Origin: Candidatus Latescibacterota bacterium
GTDB lineage: Bacteria > Latescibacterota > UBA2968
Reading direction: 5' to 3'
DNA: 64,000 nt
Assembly: GCA_965116885.1 (NCBI GenBank)
Contig: OZ220741.1
Location: forward strand, 4,704,001 to 4,768,000
A program made the position numbers and the translations under genes. The notes under the pieces are model-generated. The model was not told the DNA's origin. It saw only the letters and a program-made list of their open reading frames with translations, and searched no databases. Below, one piece after another: positions 38,502 to 46,345 of this stretch; position 1 is the first letter of the stretch, and the number at the start of each line of letters is the position of its first letter.

Positions 38502-39409
38502 TACTCTTTCTCCAGCTTATCTAACTTTCTACTAAAAACCAATTCAATCTCTGCTTTGATATCATCGATAGGCTTTGGATCGCCTGCCATACGCACCTGC
38601 GGCAATCCCAGACCGATCTTCATATTGTGGGAAAGCACAAGCCCGCGGTCGATATCGATCTCCCACTCCGCATTCCCCGATCCCTTGCCATCAATCACCA
38701 GCGACAACACCTCAATGTGAAACCAAATTCGGTAATGTACCTCGCGCTCCTCCTCAATCTCCACCACCCGGTATCCCTTTTGCTCTTTGACCTTCTTCAG
38801 CTTATACGCACTGGTAAACTGCACAAGTGAAGGCTCTAACCCGGCATCGAAATCGTAAAACGGTACCTCGATGCGCTGCTCACCCTCCCATGTATCTCCG
38901 ACCGATACCGGCTGATCGGGCAGCACGGGCGCGAGACCGGGCATCCAGACCTGCCGCAAATCCGTAATCATATCCTTGCGCTTGGCCTTGAAAGCCGAAA
39001 AATCGGGACCAAACGTACCCACCTGTCCCCCGGGCGCAATCCCCCAGGCAAACGAAAGGTCGTTCAACAAATCCAGAGTATAGGGAAATTGCTCATAGGT
39101 CAACCGCTCACCAGTCAATATGGCCTGGCTCCCGGCCTTATCTACTCTGGCAGTCACTTTCACGCTATCGTCCTCTTCAACCACCATTTCTCGACTCCGC
39201 CATTCCCCATACCCCTGCATAGTAAATGAGCCTTCTCTCAAAATCATCTCGGCCTTATCGCTAAAATAATCCAGGCGATACTTATTTTTGTAGCGCGCGA
39301 TTCGCCCTTCGGGATACTGCAACTTCAACATCACCTGATCCGCAGCACAAACCTCTCCTCCCATCACCAGAATCCCTATCGCACATAGAATCCATCTCAA
39401 GACCTTCAT
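38501..39409 (-). CDS. Secreted beta-rich hypothetical protein (DUF6263-like)
   Basis: Signal peptide; LPDQPVSVGDTW motif; GGAGG before ATG 39409. Confidence 0.6.
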   Translation of the reverse strand: MKVLRWILCAIGILVMGGEVCAADQVMLKLQYPEGRIARYKNKYRLDYFSDKAEMILREGSFTMQGYGEWRSREMVVEEDDSVKVTARVDKAGSQAILTGERLTYEQFPYTLDLLNDLSFAWGIAPGGQVGTFGPDFSAFKAKRKDMITDLRQVWMPGLAPVLPDQPVSVGDTWEGEQRIEVPFYDFDAGLEPSLVQFTSAYKLKKVKEQKGYRVVEIEEEREVHYRIWFHIEVLSLVIDGKGSGNAEWEIDIDRGLVLSHNMKIGLGLPQVRMAGDPKPIDDIKAEIELVFSRKLDKLEKE

Positions 39410-39434
39410 AGCATCCTCCTTCCCAATGCCTTCT

Positions 39435-41645
39435 CTATCCACCTGGCCTCTTTCTTCTTTCCCGGATCAACACTTCCAATTCGCGCACAGCATTCGCATC
39501 TCTCGCAATTTGCCGGTATCTATCCAACGCCGCCTCAGCCTCCACCTCCCGCCCAGCCTCTGCACAGACCAGTGCCAGATTGTGGTAAGGTACAGCGTAA
39601 TTGGGATCGGACTCAATGGCTTTTCGATACCAGTAGATTGCCACATCCAGAGAATCCCGAAGCGTATATGTATCCCCCAGGTCGGTATAATCCCGGGCTG
39701 TGCCGGGTCGCGTTCTAAACCCCTTCCGAATATCAGCCTCCCACAACTCGCAAGCGTGATGCAGAGGTGCAACCAGAGTCGAATCCCTTGCCGCTGCTTC
39801 CCGCCACATTTTTACCGCCTCCGAGAAATGCCTGTTCCTGACAAACACAGTACCAAGCCCCGCATAAGCATCTGCCATTCCGGGCCAGACCTTCAGTGCT
39901 TGTCGAAATGCAATCTCCCCGGTCTGATCATCACCCTGTTGTAATGCCTCAATGCCCACCTGCACCTGTGCCTCTGGATCATCGGCAAGAAGATCTGTCA
40001 CTATTGTCCGATATTCTGTCAGAGCTTCCGATAGCTTATTACCCCTATCGCCCGATAGATTCACACCCTCCAGCATCGAAGCCGCCCGTATGCGCACCAA
40101 TCGCGAAGAATCATCCAACCGCTCAATCACCGCCTCAATACCCGCATCGCTCCCATGCCCCATCAATCCCTCTATCGCCCGGGTGCGTACCATTGGATGT
40201 GGATCGCCCAGAGCATCTATCAAAGCCTTTTCAGCCCTCTCATCAGCCTGTCTGCCCAGCAACACGGCTGCCGAAGCCCGCAACACCATACTCTGGTCTT
40301 TCAAAAGCGCGATCAAACCATCCAGAGCCTTTGGATCTCCCACCCGTCCCAGAACAATTGCTTCGGCCTGAGCCACTTCATCTGCCTGTGAACCCCACCA
40401 CGTTTTTACCCAACTCGCCGCCCAGTTGGGCGTTTGATCGCTATGGCATTCGGTACACGCATTTGGAATACCAAACCGAACCGTATTTTCCGGTACCGGC
40501 GACAGGATGCGGTGGTCGTATATCCCAATGCGCTTCACCTCTTCTACAGGTGGCATATGGCAATCCACGCACCCCACCGTCTCGTGATTGCTATGCTGCT
40601 CTCCCACATCCATCCTGTGGCAGTTCAAGCACACCCGGTCATAGGTTGCAGCGCGCGTCTCGCCTTCCGCTCTCACAGGACCCAGGTGGTGAGAATCGTG
40701 GCAACCAGCGCACGTCAGATGCCCCGCCGTATAACACGAACTCATCAAAAAAGCCAGCGTGTTGTAGTTCAATTCACGGTAGCGTCCATCTGCCCAGAAC
40801 TTTTCGCTATCCAGCACTTCCAATTCGTAAAAGTCGTAAAACGGATCGCCCGGCTGATATCCCTCCCCAATGATCCGCTTGTGTGCGTGACACTGCGCGC
40901 AGACCTCCACTGACTGCTCCGAACTCAAAAATCGCAAATTTACCAGTGTCGTATCCCGCGCGGGCACCTGGTCTGGCAGCGCTTTCCAGAATGCCACATG
41001 TTGGCCTCCAGACCCATGACATGTTTCGCAATTAATACTCAAATCTGTCCAGCGCGTCGCGTAAGCACCTGTCTCTGGATCGTAATTTTTCTCAATCTGA
41101 CTCGCGTGACAGTCATGACACTGAAAATTCCAGTTCCGCCCAAAATTCGTCCAATAATTGACATCGCCCGGCGCAAATCCCTGCGGATGGTCGAACAGCC
41201 CCTCCACCGGATCGAACCACGTCTGTTCCCGAACATCCCAATAGGCCGGCAGTACCTGAATACGTCCACCTTCGAGCGTAGTTAAGTACCACTGTGTATC
41301 CCGATCTCCGATCGCATAGTCAATGGGATAGACCCCCCGTTTTCCATCCGCACCATCCGTTTCCATAAAATAGGTCCCATCCCGCACAAACATTCGAGAC
41401 GTCATCCCCCTATACGTATATGTATTGTTCTGTGTAAAATCTCCCCGCACAGTCTCGACCGAAGGCACCTGCATGGACCGCCGATGCAACGACCCCTGCC
41501 ATTCTTTATAAGCCTCCTGATGACACGTTGCACACGCCTCTGCGCCCGTATATATCGCTTTGGAAGTCACGGGTTGTGGTGCATCCTTCGCACACCCACA
41601 TACCATTACTACAAAGAGAAAAGTCCCCGGGATCACTGCGCGCAT
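39435..41645 (-). CDS. Octaheme c-type cytochrome lipoprotein with HEAT and TPR repeats
   Basis: Eight CxxCH motifs (CATCH, CHDCH, CETCH, CAQCH, CAGCH, CLNCH, CVDCH, CTECH); lipobox VCGC; HEAT (LRASAAVLLG, DPHPMVR) then TPR. Confidence 0.9.
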   Translation of the reverse strand: MRAVIPGTFLFVVMVCGCAKDAPQPVTSKAIYTGAEACATCHQEAYKEWQGSLHRRSMQVPSVETVRGDFTQNNTYTYRGMTSRMFVRDGTYFMETDGADGKRGVYPIDYAIGDRDTQWYLTTLEGGRIQVLPAYWDVREQTWFDPVEGLFDHPQGFAPGDVNYWTNFGRNWNFQCHDCHASQIEKNYDPETGAYATRWTDLSINCETCHGSGGQHVAFWKALPDQVPARDTTLVNLRFLSSEQSVEVCAQCHAHKRIIGEGYQPGDPFYDFYELEVLDSEKFWADGRYRELNYNTLAFLMSSCYTAGHLTCAGCHDSHHLGPVRAEGETRAATYDRVCLNCHRMDVGEQHSNHETVGCVDCHMPPVEEVKRIGIYDHRILSPVPENTVRFGIPNACTECHSDQTPNWAASWVKTWWGSQADEVAQAEAIVLGRVGDPKALDGLIALLKDQSMVLRASAAVLLGRQADERAEKALIDALGDPHPMVRTRAIEGLMGHGSDAGIEAVIERLDDSSRLVRIRAASMLEGVNLSGDRGNKLSEALTEYRTIVTDLLADDPEAQVQVGIEALQQGDDQTGEIAFRQALKVWPGMADAYAGLGTVFVRNRHFSEAVKMWREAAARDSTLVAPLHHACELWEADIRKGFRTRPGTARDYTDLGDTYTLRDSLDVAIYWYRKAIESDPNYAVPYHNLALVCAEAGREVEAEAALDRYRQIARDANAVRELEVLIRERRKRPGG

Positions 41646-41660
41646 CGATCTTCCTCTATT

Positions 41661-42548
41661 CTAAATGGCTTCCCAAAAAGTCTCAGGCCATTTCGGCTCG
41701 TAATCGCTCTCGAACAGCCAGTCGAAGTCCTCGGGCACAATATGCGCGCGCTCGGGACGCAACTTCTCGCGCAGCCGCGGGAAAAACGACATCACGCCAT
41801 CGCGCTGATTCTTCGGCAACCCGCAGGACACGCCAGTAGCGACCCATGCTGTTAGCATCGCCTTGCGGGGCACCGTATCCTCGTTCTGCCATGCAGAGTG
41901 CAATCCCCCGCTGCACAGAATCAGCATCTGACCCCGACGCGCAACAGCCGGAACCGGCTCCTGTTCCAGCCACGGCGTATCAACCAGCTCGGGCACATGC
42001 TCGGGATAAGCCGGCGCAGTATCCGACGGCTCTGGACGCAACCCGTGGACGCGGGGCAACATCGCCTTGTGCTCTGGCGTCAAAACCCGGCTCCAGTGTT
42101 CCATAATCGGGCGATGACTACCCGGCAAAATGCGCATAGCTCCCCGATGCTCCGGCACGTCATTGACCCAGAACCACAACTCAGCGCGCATCCGGCGCGG
42201 CGTCGCCTGAAAATCCTCCCAGGTCGCCTGGATATCGACATGGCAGCCATTCCCCCATTGCTCGCGAACGCTCGCAAAAGGTGCACTACTCGGCGCTCGC
42301 TCATGGGGTGACAATCCCCACCACAGATGTACGGACTCGGCTCGCAACACCTTTTTGGCGACCTCCTCAAAATAGGGATGCTGGACAACATCGACATAAT
42401 CCGGATCTTCATAAGGCGGACGTCCGCTCGCCTTCAACCTATCCCATGCCGCTTCCGCGCGATCCAGTTCCTCAGTCGTGAAGGGACTGGCGATCGTAAC
42501 GGCTCCCTCCTCATCGTATTGCCTCATTTGTGCATCGGTAAACAGCAT
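41661..42548 (-). CDS. Phytanoyl-CoA dioxygenase (PhyH) family Fe/2OG enzyme
   Basis: QMRQYDEEG, HVD, GAMRILPGSH, LHSAWQN..R; ATG 42548 after GGGAGG. Confidence 0.8.
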   Translation of the reverse strand: MLFTDAQMRQYDEEGAVTIASPFTTEELDRAEAAWDRLKASGRPPYEDPDYVDVVQHPYFEEVAKKVLRAESVHLWWGLSPHERAPSSAPFASVREQWGNGCHVDIQATWEDFQATPRRMRAELWFWVNDVPEHRGAMRILPGSHRPIMEHWSRVLTPEHKAMLPRVHGLRPEPSDTAPAYPEHVPELVDTPWLEQEPVPAVARRGQMLILCSGGLHSAWQNEDTVPRKAMLTAWVATGVSCGLPKNQRDGVMSFFPRLREKLRPERAHIVPEDFDWLFESDYEPKWPETFWEAI

Positions 42549-42678
42549 AGATCCTCCCTTAGTGTTTCGAATCAAACTTCTTACCACGCCGTTGGAGTGG
42601 CATCCCTGCCGCGATAATCCCATAAAGAAATCATTCGAATCAGACGATCCTTGTCTGAATAAGCTTGTTTTCTTTTTT

Positions 42679-42723
42679 AGTTTATCGCCTCTCAGCCCAA
42701 AATTCAAGCCAAATACTACGAGC
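42679..42723. repeat. 45-bp dispersed element, copy 1
   Basis: 39/45 identical to 61038-61082, same orientation. Confidence 0.75.
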
Positions 42724-42810
42724 TATGCCTTGTGTGAGACAAGCCAATAGTCTATATTTCTAATAGCTCTTATTCTCAAAACTTTAGTATTTTTGGTGAA
42801 AGGCCCCTCG

Positions 42811-45279
42811 ATGAACACAACCCTCAAATGTGTTGCACCCGCCCTGCTCTGTTTCCTGCTCTCTGCACCGCTTGCCGCTCAAAAAGCCCAGATTGACTCT
42901 CTCATTGCCCAGGGACAGGCTGCCTTTGAAGCCAATAGAAAAGACCAGGCCATCAAAGCGCTTACAGCAGCCATCAAACAAAATCCCGATAACATCCAGA
43001 CCTATCTCGCCGTTGCCCCCATATACATCAAGGCGGAATATCTGGATCACGCGATGAAGGCATTCAAAGAAGCCCTCAAACTCAATGATGCCTCGCCAGA
43101 AGCCCAGACCGGCATTGCAGAAATCCACTATAAAAAAGCCTCTGGTGGGATCATGGCCGTTTACCATGCCCGCAAAGCCGTCAGCGCGGCCCGGCGCGCC
43201 ACCCGGCTCGACCCCACCTACGCACCCGCCTACATCCTCCTCGGTCGCGCGTACATCCGCCTGAATGAGAACCACACCGCTGCCTCGCGGGCTTTTGCAC
43301 AGGCATTGACACACCAGCCCGACAATCCCGAAATCGCCTATCTCCTGGGCACTTCTTATATTGAACTCCGCCGCAACGCCCAGGGCCGTCAGCGCGACAA
43401 CCAGATGATCCTGAGCGAATCCATCCTCAAAAACCTCGAATACCACCTCGAAAATGCTCGCTTCCTCCCCATCGCCGCGCAGATCCTCTTCGATAAAGGA
43501 GAGCCAGAAAAAGCACTCAACGTCTTTGAGCAATTCATCGCCACCCTGCCCGAAAAAGAACGGGCCTATTACGACGACATCGCCAGGGTAGGCACCAAAG
43601 AAGAAATCAAAATCTACGAAGAAACCCCCGAAGCCGAGCAACCCGTCTTTCTCGAACAATTCTGGGCAAAGCGCGATTTTGATTTGCTCACCGAAGTCAA
43701 CGAACGCCTCATTGAACACTACCGCAGGGTGTGGTACGCGCGAAACCACTTCGCCGAAGCCAAAACGCCCTGGGATGCGCGGGGAGATATCTACATCCGC
43801 TACGGCGACCCCGACTACCGCGCGCGTTCTGGCAGGGCCAATCCCGAAATCACGCCCGCCGTAGAACAGGTCAAAGAACGCCTCGCTCTGGCTCTCTACG
43901 GTCCCGAAGCCATGGACGAAGTCTTTACCGGACCGGTCTATCCGATCCGATCCAACCAGTCTTTCGTGGGCGAACTCGACCCCGCAGCTCTCGCACGCAC
44001 AGATGAAGGCGGCAATATTCTCGTACCCCCCGGCACAATTGAAGGCAACCAGGACGAATTCATTCTCACAGAAGCCCTTGGGGCAGATGGAGAGGCAAGC
44101 GGTGAAGTCGGAGAAATTGGGCAGTTGGCTCTCGACGAATACCAACGGCGACAGATGCGCCCCGAAAACCAGCACCACTTCCTGCCCGTCACCTCACGGG
44201 GCGACATGACCATTGTCCCCTGGGAAACCTGGGTCTATACCAACATCGGAGAAGGCATCGAAATCACCTTCACCAATGAATTGGGCAACGGGGTTTACAG
44301 CTACGCGCCGCTTCCCGACTTCCCCCACGAAGAAACCACCATTGGCCTTCACCGATACTCCCTTCTCGCGTATTACGCTCCCGAGGCCATCGCCAACCGC
44401 ACGGTCAGCGAAATCCCCGACTTTTACACGCCCGGCGGTCCCATGTCGGGCCTCGGATTCCACTACGATTTTGCCGACTTTCGCGGATCAGATGGCGCTA
44501 CCCGCCTGGAAATCTACTACGGCATCGACCCCGTAGAAATGGGCACCTTTGCTTCGGGCGATACCTCCACGATTGTCGCCGACTGCGCCGTCATCCTGGC
44601 CGACACCTCCTACACCAATGTTTACCGCACACAAGACGCCATATTTTTCCGGTCTATCGGCCACCGCATGTGGCCCGAAGGCTCCTTCATCCCCACCCTC
44701 ATCCCGATCGACGTACCCCCCGGCAACTACCTGCTCACAGTACAGGTCAACGACCGCGCTGCCGAACGCAAAGGTATTTATCGCCATCAAGTACACGTTG
44801 AACCCTACCAGTCCAACGCCTTGCAACTCAGCGATATCCAGCTGAGCTGGAATATCTCAGAAAATCCGGGCGACGAAAAATTCCGCAAAGGCGACGTATG
44901 GGTCGTGCCCATGATCTCCCGCGCCTATCAGAAGAACCAGAATGCCTATGCCTACTACGAACTCTACAACCTCACCCGAAACGATTTTGGGCAAACCCGC
45001 TATCGCGTCACCTATACCATTGCCGTGGAAGATCCAATACGCCCCTTCAATCTGGTCCGCAGCAGCGTTGGTGCTCTTACCAGGATATTTCAGCGGCAAG
45101 ACAAAACACAGGTCACAGTCAGCTTTGAACAGACCGGCAACGAACAATCTACCACCGGGTATTTTGAACTCAGCCTGAAAAAAGTCAAAGCCGGTTACAA
45201 CCGCCTCACCGTCACAGTCGAAGACCTCAACAATGGACAAAAAGCCGCCAAAGAAATCCAGTTCAGGTATAAGAAATAG
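42811..45279 (+). CDS. TPR + GWxTD-domain protein, paralog 2
   Basis: Signal peptide; TPRs; FLEQFWAKRD...EHYRRVWYARNHF...PWDARGDIYIRYGDPD...WETWVY. Confidence 0.87.
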   Translation: MNTTLKCVAPALLCFLLSAPLAAQKAQIDSLIAQGQAAFEANRKDQAIKALTAAIKQNPDNIQTYLAVAPIYIKAEYLDHAMKAFKEALKLNDASPEAQTGIAEIHYKKASGGIMAVYHARKAVSAARRATRLDPTYAPAYILLGRAYIRLNENHTAASRAFAQALTHQPDNPEIAYLLGTSYIELRRNAQGRQRDNQMILSESILKNLEYHLENARFLPIAAQILFDKGEPEKALNVFEQFIATLPEKERAYYDDIARVGTKEEIKIYEETPEAEQPVFLEQFWAKRDFDLLTEVNERLIEHYRRVWYARNHFAEAKTPWDARGDIYIRYGDPDYRARSGRANPEITPAVEQVKERLALALYGPEAMDEVFTGPVYPIRSNQSFVGELDPAALARTDEGGNILVPPGTIEGNQDEFILTEALGADGEASGEVGEIGQLALDEYQRRQMRPENQHHFLPVTSRGDMTIVPWETWVYTNIGEGIEITFTNELGNGVYSYAPLPDFPHEETTIGLHRYSLLAYYAPEAIANRTVSEIPDFYTPGGPMSGLGFHYDFADFRGSDGATRLEIYYGIDPVEMGTFASGDTSTIVADCAVILADTSYTNVYRTQDAIFFRSIGHRMWPEGSFIPTLIPIDVPPGNYLLTVQVNDRAAERKGIYRHQVHVEPYQSNALQLSDIQLSWNISENPGDEKFRKGDVWVVPMISRAYQKNQNAYAYYELYNLTRNDFGQTRYRVTYTIAVEDPIRPFNLVRSSVGALTRIFQRQDKTQVTVSFEQTGNEQSTTGYFELSLKKVKAGYNRLTVTVEDLNNGQKAAKEIQFRYKK

Positions 45280-45294
45280 AGAGATGGCAAAATC

Positions 45295-45329
45295 AAAAAA
45301 AGGCGACCGAAAAACTCGGTCGCCTTTTT
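45295..45329. terminator. Bidirectional intrinsic terminator
   Basis: A-run-GGCGACCGA-aaaac-TCGGTCGCC-T-run between convergent genes. Confidence 0.88.
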
Positions 45330-45348
45330 ACATGCTCAACACAACGAG

Positions 45349-46290
45349 CTAAAAAGCGAAGCCCATCCCAAACCGCAAGGGTTGATTCAGATCGTGTTTG
45401 GACTCCTGCCAGGCCACATCCGCCGTGATCTCTGTCCCTGCCAGAGGCAATTTCACGCCTGCACCTGCTGTAAGTCCAAAGGAATCGTAGCGGAACATAT
45501 ACCCTCCGCGCAACGCCAGTATATTGCCCAACCAGGCTTCACCGCCCACATGGTAGCGCTCTTCCCAGTTAATCAGGAAGTTCATCTCAGCCGCCCCGGT
45601 GATATAAAACGGATCGCCTTGCTGCCCATAGACCTCGGCAGCGGTTCCCAGATTGAACGACAGGGGTTGCTGGAACTGTCTTCGCAAAACCTCTGTGTCC
45701 TTTCCGAAGTTCCGCAGTGCCATTGACAACCTCAGGCTGCCAAGCCCGGTGTAGAACTTGGTGCCAAAATCCACATTAAAAGTCGTGTGATTGGTCAGAT
45801 CAAGATCCTCGCGAGCCAGCATAAATCGCACGCCAAAGGACAGCTTATCCGTGAACTTGCGGCTATAGATGAGACTAAAAGCCGATGTGCCCAGGCTGAG
45901 CGTTCGACCCGTGCCTCCCGGCTGCAAAATCGTGGTCTCTTCCACATCCTGTGGCTTAAAAGTCAGGATGCTGACCCCAATGGTATGCACACCGCTTGTA
46001 TAAGCTATAGCCCCTGTGTTGAATGTAGAATTTACGAACCACTGCGAATGGCTCAACGACACTTCCAATTTCTCCACGCCCGTCATCCCGGCTGGATTCC
46101 ACCACGCGGCATTGACATCGTCTGCGGCTGTTGCATAAGCACTCCCCATTGCCACGGCGCGAGGGCTTTGCGCCACTGCAAGGGGCGAGAAGATTGTCAA
46201 GTCCGGCCGCTTAATAAGCCCACCTGCATATGCTGGAATAGCCATTAGTGTCGTGGCGAGCATGCAGATGAGAAAAACTTTTTTATACAT
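45349..46290 (-). CDS. PorV/PorQ (UPF0164, FadL-like) outer-membrane barrel
   Basis: SPRAVAMGSAYATAADDVNAAWWNPAG N-terminal signature; alternating beta-strands; terminal Phe. Confidence 0.85.
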   Translation of the reverse strand: MYKKVFLICMLATTLMAIPAYAGGLIKRPDLTIFSPLAVAQSPRAVAMGSAYATAADDVNAAWWNPAGMTGVEKLEVSLSHSQWFVNSTFNTGAIAYTSGVHTIGVSILTFKPQDVEETTILQPGGTGRTLSLGTSAFSLIYSRKFTDKLSFGVRFMLAREDLDLTNHTTFNVDFGTKFYTGLGSLRLSMALRNFGKDTEVLRRQFQQPLSFNLGTAAEVYGQQGDPFYITGAAEMNFLINWEERYHVGGEAWLGNILALRGGYMFRYDSFGLTAGAGVKLPLAGTEITADVAWQESKHDLNQPLRFGMGFAF

Positions 46291-46311
46291 ACTTGCTCTC
46301 CTTATTCAGAG

Positions 46312-46341
46312 GGGCGATGGACAGAAACTGCCCACCGCCCG
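46312..46341. other. Intra-operon stem-loop
   Basis: gggcgatggacag-aaa-ctgcccaccgccc between the CTD-protein and PorV genes; no U-tract. Confidence 0.55.
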
Positions 46342-46345
46342 CCGA

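Noticed and set aside
39435..41645. NrfA-type nitrite reductase
   Set aside because: No CxxCK motif, eight hemes, a HEAT/TPR tail and no NrfH/NrfBCD neighbours.
42549..42707. N-terminal extension of the PhyH ORF
   Set aside because: Runs through the 45-bp repeat region; a strong RBS precedes 42548.
42784..44178. 464-aa minus-strand ORF
   Set aside because: Antisense to the GWxTD gene; composition typical of a shadow frame.
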